Assembly: GCA_043813605.1 (NCBI GenBank)
Contig: JBDRKX010000113.1
Location: 1-34,026 of the forward strand
Direction of reading: 5' to 3'
DNA from: Elusimicrobiota bacterium
Lineage (GTDB): Bacteria > CG03 > SLGR01 > JBDRKX01
Length of the DNA stretch: 34,026 nucleotides
A program made the position numbers and the translations under genes. Shown piece after piece: positions 19,583-28,539 of this stretch (positions within the stretch are counted from its first letter, which is position 1; each line of letters opens with the position of its first letter). The notes under the pieces are model-generated. The model worked only from the letters and a program-made list of their open reading frames with translations. It was not told where the DNA came from and did no database searches.

Positions 19583-19633
19583 CTACATACGCCAGCACCA
19601 AACCATTTTAAGCATATTATGTATATTATGCAT
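19583..19633 (-). CDS. trpL: trp operon leader peptide MHNIHNMLKMVWCWRM
   Basis: Hand-translated 16-aa ORF with TGG-TGC-TGG just before the stop, followed by mutually exclusive hairpins and a terminator upstream of trpE. Alternative in-frame ATGs at 19615 and 19606. Confidence 0.82.
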   Translation of the reverse strand: MHNIHNMLKMVWCWRM

Positions 19634-19642
19634 ATTAAATAT

Positions 19643-19671
19643 ATAATAACATTATTCCGTATTTTTTTCAA
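19643..19671 (-). promoter_or_regulatory. Putative trp promoter
   Basis: TTGAAA (19666-19671), 17 nt, TATTAT (19643-19648) preceded by TGn; 9 nt upstream of the first leader ATG. Confidence 0.5.
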
Positions 19672-21529
19672 TAGCTACAGTACTATCCATTCTGTTTTCA
19701 CGCAGGGTTTCCAGCCGTTTTAGAGCATCAAGAGCTTTTTCGTAGCCGGGTTCATACCTGAGTACCGTACGCCATGATGTTTCAGCTTTTTCCAGCTGAT
19801 TTTTTTTATAGTATATCACGCCCGCATTATAGCCCGGTTCGGTCATTTCAGGACTGATCTCAAGCACGGATAGATAATGCCGAAGTGAAGAATCGTAATC
19901 GCCTTTTTCCCTGTATATCCTGGCTATTTTCAGGCGTGCATCTATAAGATAAGGATCATTTTCAATCGCTTTTTTAAAAAAAGTTTCAGCTTTTTCCGGG
20001 TTGTTCTGTTTAAGATATACCGATCCTGCGCCGTTGTATGCCAGAGCATTATAAGGATTCTTCCTGATGATCTCATTAAAGATCTCTTCAGCCGTATCAT
20101 ATTTACCGGAAATAAACAGTTTCTTCCCGAGAGACATTGAATATTTGTCTATTTCCGGAGCCTTTTCTGCAGCAGACCGGTAATCACCCGAATAATACTT
20201 TACATCCGCATATAAACGGTTATATGAAAAAACCGATATCCATACCAGGGGTATGAGCAGTATATATCTTATCCTGTATCTATTGAACGAATATATTGCT
20301 GTTTTACTGCTTGCGGCCAGTACAACCCCTGCCAGTGTCCAGTTGACAAGCGAGACTGCTATAATACTGAAACTGAACATATTCTGTACGGCTATTGCCG
20401 TAAAACCTCCCGCCGCGGCTGATGCGGCGGTATTGTCCTTGAACCTGAGGTTTCTAATACTATTCAGGAAGATCATCACCCACCAGAGAAGTATAGGGCC
20501 CGAGAAAGCTATCCCGCCTGTCACCAGGATTTTTAAGAGGTAATTATGAGGATATCCCGGCACGGAGAGCGTACCGGTATATTTAAAAAAATCTTTGTCA
20601 ATAAACTTTCTGAAATGGATATAATACCCGTTAACACCCCATCCAAACAGTGGTCTCATGGCAAACATATCCAAAGCAGTTTTATACTGGACCTTCCTGG
20701 ATAAGATATTAGTTTCCGTCATATCAAACAGACTTAGATACCTCCCCCCTATCTGTTTCAGCCGGGAAGCATTGAGACACCCGAACATGACCACGATCAG
20801 AATAAAAGCCCCGGCTGCTGTTTTCAGCCTTGTTCCTGAAACAGCTTTTTTTTCAATAAGAAAGATCGTTATGATCACTCCCAGAAGAGTTGCCAGAAAG
20901 CCGGCCCTGGATGACGTTAATAGGAGTGCAGTTACACATAGTATCAGCGAAAAGAGTACGTATAACCGGCCTTTTTTTATATAAAGGACAAGGTTGACCG
21001 GTATGATCATCGAAAGGAACGCTGCAAGGAAATTGGGATTACCGAGTGTTGACCATATCCTCGGCCTGAAACTGCCTTTCCATTCAAAAAAGTCGTACCC
21101 GAGATACTGTATAATGCCATAGACGCTTATAACCAGTGCCGACAGACTCAACACAGTAAAAAGTTCTGTAATGTCTTTTCCTCCAAGGCTCAGCGAGAAC
21201 AGGAAAAAGCCTGTCATACACGCCAGTGTCAATACTGAAGAACTGTAAAACGGGTATATACCTAAGAAGGAGACAGCCCTGTTTCCTGAATAGAAAGCCG
21301 GTATTATAACAGCGGCTAAAAACGCGATAAATACATACAGGTAACTGCCCTGGGGCAGTGTTATCCGCCCTCTGATTATAAAAACCGAGAATAATATCAC
21401 GCCGGATATACGCAGTATGAATAATTTAAGGGAAGACGCAGGATCACCAAGACCCATCCAGAACGCCAAAGGAATAAAAAAGAGAGATAAAAAGAATAGG
21501 TACTTAAGAGACTTTTTTCCCGGTATCAT
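19652..21529 (-). CDS. O-antigen ligase (Wzy_C)-family membrane protein with C-terminal TPRs
   Basis: About 12 TM segments, STLGNPNFLA, LLLTSSRAG, PLFGWG, PHNYLL; about 5 TPR repeats; ATGA overlap with the motB stop. Confidence 0.85.
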   Translation of the reverse strand: MIPGKKSLKYLFFLSLFFIPLAFWMGLGDPASSLKLFILRISGVILFSVFIIRGRITLPQGSYLYVFIAFLAAVIIPAFYSGNRAVSFLGIYPFYSSSVLTLACMTGFFLFSLSLGGKDITELFTVLSLSALVISVYGIIQYLGYDFFEWKGSFRPRIWSTLGNPNFLAAFLSMIIPVNLVLYIKKGRLYVLFSLILCVTALLLTSSRAGFLATLLGVIITIFLIEKKAVSGTRLKTAAGAFILIVVMFGCLNASRLKQIGGRYLSLFDMTETNILSRKVQYKTALDMFAMRPLFGWGVNGYYIHFRKFIDKDFFKYTGTLSVPGYPHNYLLKILVTGGIAFSGPILLWWVMIFLNSIRNLRFKDNTAASAAAGGFTAIAVQNMFSFSIIAVSLVNWTLAGVVLAASSKTAIYSFNRYRIRYILLIPLVWISVFSYNRLYADVKYYSGDYRSAAEKAPEIDKYSMSLGKKLFISGKYDTAEEIFNEIIRKNPYNALAYNGAGSVYLKQNNPEKAETFFKKAIENDPYLIDARLKIARIYREKGDYDSSLRHYLSVLEISPEMTEPGYNAGVIYYKKNQLEKAETSWRTVLRYEPGYEKALDALKRLETLRENRMDSTVAIEKNTE

Positions 21530-22380
21530 TCCGAAACTGCTGCCAGGACATCCCTGCGGGGTTGATCTCCGACTCCTGATCCGAGCCGCTGTACTATTAT
21601 GTCTACCCGGCGGTTCAGTGAACGCATCTCATTGGTCTTATTGGCAGAATCTATCTGACTTTGTATGATCTTCTTAAGATCCATCTGTATACGGAGCTGT
21701 TCATCTCTTATTACCCTGTGAATTGCTTCTGTTTCTTCATCTGTTTTTGCTCTACTGAGTTCTCTTGAGTATTTGCCCGGGACCTTTTCCACCATATCTT
21801 TATATTCATCTATCTCTTTATCGAAATCCGTAAGTACCGCCGGATGATACTTGCTGAATCCCCCCGCAGAGAGCCTGTCAGGCGGAAAATCGAGCCTCTC
21901 TATCAGATGCCTGGCTATATTAGTAGCCCTCATTGTTGACAGTTCCCAGTTCGAAGGGAACTGTTCTGTCTCAATGGGCCAACTGTCCGTATGGCCTTCT
22001 ATACGGACATTGTTCGGAACATCTATTATTTCAGTTGATATATCCGCAAGTATGTTTTTCGCGTCTTCATATATTTCGGCTTTTCCTGAATCAAACATAA
22101 GCTTGGCATTAAGACTGATAAGCAGTCCCTTTGTATTGATCTCCAGGTATATTACATCTTCGAGTTTATGCTTGTATGTATAATCTTCCAGCCGTTTCTT
22201 TATATTCTGGAGCTGCATCTCGTTCAGTGTAGAAGCCAGCGCGAACATCATGACAAAGAATATAAGGAGCTGGGTCACAAGATCTGAATATGTTACCATC
22301 CAAGGCGGAGAACTTTTCCCTATCTGTATGTCTTCACTCGCCCGGGCTTTTGCCAGTCTTCCGGAAGCTGAGATAGCCAT
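21526..22380 (-). CDS. motB: MotB/MotS-type stator subunit
   Basis: WMVTYSDLVTQLLIFFV with the ion-binding Asp; OmpA-like domain (FDSGKA, IEGHTD, SNWELSTMRA, NRRVDI). Confidence 0.92.
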   Translation of the reverse strand: MAISASGRLAKARASEDIQIGKSSPPWMVTYSDLVTQLLIFFVMMFALASTLNEMQLQNIKKRLEDYTYKHKLEDVIYLEINTKGLLISLNAKLMFDSGKAEIYEDAKNILADISTEIIDVPNNVRIEGHTDSWPIETEQFPSNWELSTMRATNIARHLIERLDFPPDRLSAGGFSKYHPAVLTDFDKEIDEYKDMVEKVPGKYSRELSRAKTDEETEAIHRVIRDEQLRIQMDLKKIIQSQIDSANKTNEMRSLNRRVDIIVQRLGSGVGDQPRRDVLAAVSE

Positions 22381-22381
22381 A

Positions 22382-23260
22382 TTATTTACCCGGCCGGCGC
22401 CTGGATCTTATCTTGACTGTCTTCTTCTCTTTTTCCGGCGGCGGTTTTTCTTCTTTCATCTTCGCGCCTCTGGATTTTTTGGCTTTTTGCGCGGCCAACT
22501 CCACAAAAGCCGCACGCGGGACATATGCCCTTAATTTAGCCACAGCAATAGACGGGATCTCCCCTGCCTGCAGCGATAGTACGCCTCTTATGATGACGCT
22601 CTTTATGAATATTTCGTCTTCTGACCGTCTCTTGAGTTTACCTGCTATCGGAAGAAAGATAAGGTATGCGGCTAATGCGCCGTAGAAGGTCGTTAAAAGA
22701 GCGACTGCCATACCCTGCGCTATCTGGGACTGGTCCTGCAGGTTAGCCAGCATCAATATAAGGCCCATGATGGTACCTATCATACCGAAGGCCGGTGAAT
22801 AGGTTCCAAGTGTAACAAATATTTCCTGTCCTATTTTATGCCTTTCAAGAGTAAACGCCAGTTCTGTTTCCAGTTCCTCCCTTATCAGTTCCTGGCTCTG
22901 CCCGTCCACAACCATCTTCACTCCCTGCTGAAGAAATTCGTTATCCATCTTCTTCATATCTTCCTGCAGTGACAGGATCCCCTTTTTCGAGGCTTTTATC
23001 ACAAGGTACCTGAACTGCTCTATGTACCCGGTCGGGTCTTCCTGTTCTTCGGTAAAGACCTTTTTGACGACTTTGAGAGCTTTTACTACCTGAACAAACG
23101 GGTAATTCACCAGGATAGCGGCGAATGTACCGCCGAATGTTATCATTATCGAAGGAATATTGATAAACCCGGCCAGGGCAGTACCTCCGCCCCTTGCGAC
23201 CACTGAAAGGAGTACTAAAAGAAGGCCTCCGGTTATTCCGATTATTGTTGTAAGATCCAT
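22382..23260 (-). CDS. motA: MotA/PomA-type stator subunit
   Basis: MDLTTIIG, PSIMITFGGT, PAFGMIGTIMGLI, AVALLTTFYG, PIAGKL; basic C-terminal tail. Confidence 0.93.
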   Translation of the reverse strand: MDLTTIIGITGGLLLVLLSVVARGGGTALAGFINIPSIMITFGGTFAAILVNYPFVQVVKALKVVKKVFTEEQEDPTGYIEQFRYLVIKASKKGILSLQEDMKKMDNEFLQQGVKMVVDGQSQELIREELETELAFTLERHKIGQEIFVTLGTYSPAFGMIGTIMGLILMLANLQDQSQIAQGMAVALLTTFYGALAAYLIFLPIAGKLKRRSEDEIFIKSVIIRGVLSLQAGEIPSIAVAKLRAYVPRAAFVELAAQKAKKSRGAKMKEEKPPPEKEKKTVKIRSRRRPGK

Positions 23261-23263
23261 TTT

Positions 23264-23488
23264 TTATTCTATCTCTTCGTTTATCCCGGAAATATTCTCC
23301 AAAGCCCTTATATTTATCTCTTTTTTGTATTCTTTGACCTTTTCAACCATCTCATCCATGTTTTCCTTTACCATGAGCCTGTTGCCTGAAGTCAGCGTGA
23401 TTATCGTATCGGGATGAGCCTCTATCATCTCAATGAGATCAGCATTCAGCATGATACTCTCGCCATTCATCTTCGTCACCGGGATCAT
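23264..23488 (-). CDS. flbD: FlbD/SwrD-family protein
   Basis: MIPVTKMNG, LNADLIEMIEAHPDTIITLTSG, VKE match the family pattern; usual position upstream of motA. Confidence 0.9.
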   Translation of the reverse strand: MIPVTKMNGESIMLNADLIEMIEAHPDTIITLTSGNRLMVKENMDEMVEKVKEYKKEINIRALENISGINEEIE

Positions 23489-23527
23489 CTATAATTCCTC
23501 TTTTTTGGTATTCCTTATTGACCGTTT

Positions 23528-26500
23528 TTACAAAAGTACGATCTTCTTGGAACCGGTCAGTTTGTCTATCAGTTTGCGCAGAAACGGTTTTTTTGTTTCT
23601 TCAAGCGCCTGTATAAGTTCAGCGTGTTTCACAGCAAGTTCCTGTCTTTTCCGTTTTTCAGTTGCGGCGAGCTCTGAAAGGGTCCTCTCGTCCTGCATGG
23701 CTGTTTCCAGTTTTCCTTTGAGTATCTTATTTTCTTCTGCGCTCTTTTGCGCTTTCCCTACAAAATCCTGGATCTCTTTTTCTCTTTTTTCCCATTTTTT
23801 CTTCCATTTAATATCGATTTCACCGGTATCCGGACCCGGTTTCTGGCCGGCTTCCATAACTTTTTTCAATTTTAGTACGCTGTCTTTGAGCCTTTTCTCC
23901 AATTCACCCACTTTATCCTTTAATCCCGAGTTCTCTGTCTCGAGTTTTTGGAGCTTTTCCCCGTCAGGAACCTGGCCGGCACTTTTCAATTTTGTTTCCA
24001 GCTCGGCCGCTGCTATCTTTTTATCTTCCAGTTTCCCGGCCGCTTCTTCGAGTTCCTTCTTAAGTCCGCTGATTATCTTTTCTTTCCGGGCCGCTTCTTC
24101 TGTATACCTGGACCCCGCAGCATCTTCTATCTCCTTCATGTCTTTCTTGAGCGATCCCATCGCTTTCAGAGCTTTTATTTCTTCCTCTTTACCTGCGAGC
24201 TCTTCAGGAGATACAAGCCGGCTTACGCTCTCTTTAAGATCGCTTATTATCTTGTCCTTTTCCTCGAGTTTTGACCATAATTCCGTGTTCTGCACATCAA
24301 CTTCATCGATCATCTCCCTGCTGCGGCCGGCAGCTTCGAGCAACTTGGCCTGCTGTTCATTCTCTTTTTGAGCTTCTATCAGCCTCTCTTCAAGCTCTAT
24401 GAGCACTTCTTCCCTTTCGCCTACCTGGATCCTGAGATCTTCGCACTTCTTTTCCCCGGCTATTATTATATTTTCCTTTATATCTAGTTCTTCCGATATA
24501 TCATTCTGCTGGGATAACTTCGTTTCCAGCCCTTTTAACCTTTCCCTGAGGCCGTTTACCGCTGCTTCTGTATCACCGAGAATCTGCTGAAGACGGTTAT
24601 TCTCCTTTTCGAGGGTTTTAACTGCCTCACCTTCTGAACCCTGTTTGTCCGCGGTTTTCAGGGTCAGCTCTATCTCTTTTTTAAGTTCGCTGTTTTCCGT
24701 CTCTTTTTGCAGGAGCTCTGTTTCCCTTGATTTCAACCGGCCGGTTATCTCTGAGAGAGCATCCCGGATCTCCCCGGCATGCCGTGACTCTGTGTCTTTA
24801 ATATCCGATTCTTTCTTTTCTAATTCTTTTTCCAATACCTGTATCCTGCCGGACATAGAGATATCCTGTTCACGGTATTTTGCCTCTGTTTCGGCTATCT
24901 CTTTTTCTTTTTGCGTCAGTTGGGCCTTCAGATGCTCTATCTCGGCAGAAATTTCGACAGGAACGATATCAGAGCTGCCGGCTTCCAGGATAGACTCCAG
25001 TTCAGATATAGTTATATCTTTTTTTGTTATCGATGACCTGAGACCTTCGTTCTTAAGTTTTTCTTCATCAAGGGCTTCCTTCAGCTTTTTCAGCTTGAAT
25101 ACAAGATCTTCTTCCCTATCCGATACCTCTTTATGAAACTTCTCTTCTCTCTCTTTCAGCATACGGTCTTTTTCTTCAAGAAGACCGTTCAGCCTTCTGT
25201 TTTCATCTTCTACCCTTCTGATGACTTCCCGGGTCTCTTTAAGTTTCACGGATACAGTCTCTTTTTTATCATTCAATTCATCAATAACAGATGAAGTATA
25301 ATTCCTGATCTCTGTTTCCTTATCCCGGAAACCTTTTTTGAGAACATTAACTTCATGCTCTTTTTCCTTAAGTTTTTCACGGAGCATGCCTAATTTTTCT
25401 GCAAAAGCCGCTTCTTTTTCAGTAATAGAGGATTCCATCACTGATTCAGCTTCTGTCAGGGCGCTGTTTTTTTCCTCGATGATATCAAGGAGTTCCAGGT
25501 TCTCTTTATTCTTCTCACGTATCTTTTCACGTGTTTCTGCCAGCAGTATCTCATATTCTGATGCCCTCTGCAGATGGCCTGAAAGCATACTCTCTTTTTC
25601 TTCCAGCAGGTCATTAAGACCGGATACCCGGATCTCTTTATCAGCATTGATCGCTTCAACCGTTTCTCTCAGTTTTTTTATTTCAATGCTGTTTGCGGCA
25701 ATCTTTTCTGCTGCTTCGGCTTTCTCCGACTCAATTGATTCCAGCCGGGTCTCCATACCGGTACATTGTGATGTTTTTTCTTCGAGTTCCAGGGCAAGTA
25801 CCGTTTTTTCTTCTTCTATAACCTGTTTTTCCCGCGCCAGAAGACCGGCTCTCTTCTCGAGTTTTTCCCTCTTGTTCTCCCAGTCAAGAGATGCGGCCTG
25901 TAATATGCCTTCGTACTTATTTTTTAGTTTTTTTGTCCTCTCTTCGAGTTCTTCCGCCTGTTTCCTGAAACCCGTTTTAGCGTCTTCAAACAGCTTAGAT
26001 TGTTCCGTGTACTTACCCCTCCATATATCTGCTTCATCAATTGCCGCTTTGATGCTGTTTTCAAGCGCTGATTTTTCTTTTTCAAGATTTTCCATTATGC
26101 GGCCGGTGCTGCTTATCTTTGTCTCATATTCCAGGGCGCTTTCCTTGTAAAGTTTTTTCAGGGAAACGATTTCTTCGGTCTGGCCGGCGACTTTCACGGT
26201 CAGTTTATCTTTTTCTTTCTCGTACCCGGAAGTGAGCGCTTCGATCCGGCTCGTATACCTGTCTATCTCGCGGCAGTGTTTTTCATTAAGATTATCTATT
26301 GCGGCTTCATACCTGGATGTATCATTGTCTGCTCTTTCAGCTGAATCCTCAAGTTCCTTTTCCAGTACCGCTATCCTGGCATTCAGACCCTTTTCTTTTT
26401 TTCTGTGATCATTATCGAGTTCCTCTTTCTGTTCGAGCCATTCCTGTTTCATCCATTTGAAATTTCTTTTATAACTCTCAAAATCACTTTCCATCTGGGC

Positions 26501-28495
26501 CAACCGGGAATCCTTTTCCTGCCTGAGTAAAAGCATTTCCTGCTTTACATCATCAGCCTTTTTCCTGAGTATTTCCATCTCCCCGGAGTGCTTATCTTCT
26601 AATTCCTGCATACCTGAACTCGACTCAGCCCGGCTCTTGTTTATCTGGATCTTATAGCTGTTTTCCAGTTCGACCAGCCGGCTGCCTGATTTAAGGAGCC
26701 TGTCGGAGAGTTCACTGTTTTTTGCTTTCAATCCGGCGATCATACTCTCGTAATTCCCGGACGCAGCATCCTGGTCTTTTATCCTTAGGGCAAGATTCCT
26801 GTTCGCCAGCTTCAGTTCATCAAGTTTCTCCATGATCGCCCTGATACGGACCATGGATTCTTTTTCGAGTGTATTCTTTTCTTCAGCTATGTTTTCCAGT
26901 TTTTCTTTCTGCGTATCGTAATTTATTTTTAGTTCCTGGAGTTTACGGATAAAAGCCTCTTGTATCTCTTTTTTCTCGGTTTCAAACCTTCTTTCAGAGG
27001 TATTATAACCATCTTCCGCCTGCCGCTTTTCTGATTCCATCGAATCCCTGAAGATACTGTATTCTCTTTTCAGAACCGCGTATTCTTCATTGAGCGTATC
27101 TTTCTCCGAACTGACTTTTTCCGCCTTCGAACTGTAATCCGATATTTTTAGATCATATTCTTTTTCTATCTCCTTCATCCTCGTTCTGTTAGCTGATTCC
27201 AGGTTATCTATTTTAGCCTGCCATCTCGCTGTCTCGGAAACCAGTTTGGCTTCCATAGCTGCCAACTTATGTTCGTATACTTTCTTATCAGCCGAAAATT
27301 CCCGTTCCCGGTCTTTAAGTTTATCGTCCAGCGCGGAGAGTTTTACCGTGTACTCTTTTTCTATAAGATCCTTATCCTTGATAAGACTGTTTATCCTGGT
27401 AGTAAGCTCCATCTGTTTTTCTTCGTGTATTTTTGAAATATTGAGATAATCTTTCAGAACAGACTCTTTTTTCTGTTCCGTTCCAGTTACTTTTTGCACG
27501 TATTCGTATTTGAGCTCACTCAGTTTCCCGCGGAACTGTGTAACAAGTTTCTCGTTCTCGTTTATCTTGTCACGTATTCTCTCTTCCCATATCTCTCTTT
27601 TATTGTCGAACTTGTTCTGCAACTGCCATATCTGGCCGTTGAGCCTTGTATTTGACGACTGCAGTTCAAGCAGGGAATTCTCGAATTTAAGTTTAGTTTC
27701 TTTCAGGCGGTTCTGGTAATCGAGCCTGAGGTTATCCCTGAGCCCCTCGCTTTCCTGGAACTTCTTTTCCCAGTTGAATTTATTCCTGACAAGCTCTTCC
27801 TCGTACTCACGCAATCTATGTGCCAGTTCTTCTTTTTCGCTTTCGGCATCTTCAAGTTTCCTGTTGCGTGAAACGCCCTGTATCACGTCTTTAAGAGCCT
27901 GTTCCACTTTGATCGTGTTTTTTTCTTCTTCCTGGTATCTTATTCTTTCTTCGTACGCGATCTTTTTGGCTGCTTCAAGCTGTTTTTTGAGCTCTTTCAT
28001 CTGCTCATAAACCTGCTGCTGGGCTTCGGTCCGGGCCTGCTCTCTTATCTGGTTCTGGGTTTTTTCGAGCGCCAGGCGATGCTGGTTTTCCTGTCTTAAC
28101 TCGTCAATCGCTTTTTTCCATTTTTCTTTTTCCGAAGAGAGTTCATCCTCCCTTTCCAGGTACTCCGTTTCCAGTTTATTACGGAGTTTATCCAGTTCTT
28201 TCTGACGCCTTTCGGTCTCCTCCCGCTCTTTCTGGAGAAACTGTTCCTGAAGTTTTATATTATCACCCTCTTTCTCCCTGATACGCTCGAGCAGTTCCTC
28301 CCGGTCCTTCTGGAGCCTGGCTTCAAAATCCTGGAATTCAGGTGTATGTTCTTCTCTGACTATTTTTTTTATCTCAGGTATTTTTATTCCGGCAGGAGGC
28401 GGAGGAGGAGGCGCTCCTCCTTTCCTTACTATGGAAAGCGGAGGCGGCGGTCCGGGAAACCCCTTTATCTTTTTTTTATTTTTATCGTCAGCCAT
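23528..28495 (-). CDS. 1655-aa coiled-coil protein with a polyproline N-terminus
   Basis: E/K/L-rich heptad-like sequence over about 1550 aa; no obvious TM segment, signal peptide or ATPase motif. Confidence 0.85.
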   Translation of the reverse strand: MADDKNKKKIKGFPGPPPPLSIVRKGGAPPPPPPAGIKIPEIKKIVREEHTPEFQDFEARLQKDREELLERIREKEGDNIKLQEQFLQKEREETERRQKELDKLRNKLETEYLEREDELSSEKEKWKKAIDELRQENQHRLALEKTQNQIREQARTEAQQQVYEQMKELKKQLEAAKKIAYEERIRYQEEEKNTIKVEQALKDVIQGVSRNRKLEDAESEKEELAHRLREYEEELVRNKFNWEKKFQESEGLRDNLRLDYQNRLKETKLKFENSLLELQSSNTRLNGQIWQLQNKFDNKREIWEERIRDKINENEKLVTQFRGKLSELKYEYVQKVTGTEQKKESVLKDYLNISKIHEEKQMELTTRINSLIKDKDLIEKEYTVKLSALDDKLKDREREFSADKKVYEHKLAAMEAKLVSETARWQAKIDNLESANRTRMKEIEKEYDLKISDYSSKAEKVSSEKDTLNEEYAVLKREYSIFRDSMESEKRQAEDGYNTSERRFETEKKEIQEAFIRKLQELKINYDTQKEKLENIAEEKNTLEKESMVRIRAIMEKLDELKLANRNLALRIKDQDAASGNYESMIAGLKAKNSELSDRLLKSGSRLVELENSYKIQINKSRAESSSGMQELEDKHSGEMEILRKKADDVKQEMLLLRQEKDSRLAQMESDFESYKRNFKWMKQEWLEQKEELDNDHRKKEKGLNARIAVLEKELEDSAERADNDTSRYEAAIDNLNEKHCREIDRYTSRIEALTSGYEKEKDKLTVKVAGQTEEIVSLKKLYKESALEYETKISSTGRIMENLEKEKSALENSIKAAIDEADIWRGKYTEQSKLFEDAKTGFRKQAEELEERTKKLKNKYEGILQAASLDWENKREKLEKRAGLLAREKQVIEEEKTVLALELEEKTSQCTGMETRLESIESEKAEAAEKIAANSIEIKKLRETVEAINADKEIRVSGLNDLLEEKESMLSGHLQRASEYEILLAETREKIREKNKENLELLDIIEEKNSALTEAESVMESSITEKEAAFAEKLGMLREKLKEKEHEVNVLKKGFRDKETEIRNYTSSVIDELNDKKETVSVKLKETREVIRRVEDENRRLNGLLEEKDRMLKEREEKFHKEVSDREEDLVFKLKKLKEALDEEKLKNEGLRSSITKKDITISELESILEAGSSDIVPVEISAEIEHLKAQLTQKEKEIAETEAKYREQDISMSGRIQVLEKELEKKESDIKDTESRHAGEIRDALSEITGRLKSRETELLQKETENSELKKEIELTLKTADKQGSEGEAVKTLEKENNRLQQILGDTEAAVNGLRERLKGLETKLSQQNDISEELDIKENIIIAGEKKCEDLRIQVGEREEVLIELEERLIEAQKENEQQAKLLEAAGRSREMIDEVDVQNTELWSKLEEKDKIISDLKESVSRLVSPEELAGKEEEIKALKAMGSLKKDMKEIEDAAGSRYTEEAARKEKIISGLKKELEEAAGKLEDKKIAAAELETKLKSAGQVPDGEKLQKLETENSGLKDKVGELEKRLKDSVLKLKKVMEAGQKPGPDTGEIDIKWKKKWEKREKEIQDFVGKAQKSAEENKILKGKLETAMQDERTLSELAATEKRKRQELAVKHAELIQALEETKKPFLRKLIDKLTGSKKIVLL

Positions 28496-28539
28496 CGGAT
28501 TCGGTAATTACTAATTCAAATTTTTTATTTTTTCAAGTC

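Noticed and set aside
19420..19650. T-box or TRAP-type regulation of trp
   Set aside because: No GGTGGTACC-type T-box sequence or (G/T)AG repeat array; the leader peptide explains the region.
21526..23260. ExbBD/TolQR/AglRQS-type motor
   Set aside because: The B subunit has the flagellar WxxTYxD helix and an OmpA-like domain, and no TonB/TolA is adjacent.
21526..28495. Zorya anti-phage system (ZorAB are MotAB-like and ZorA has a long tail)
   Set aside because: MotA is normal length, the coiled coil is a separate gene, FlbD and FliG domains indicate flagellar ancestry, and no ZorC/D/E-like helicase or nuclease is present.
23528..28495. SMC/SbcC ATPase or phage tape-measure protein
   Set aside because: No Walker A/B or signature motifs, no hinge, and no phage genes nearby.
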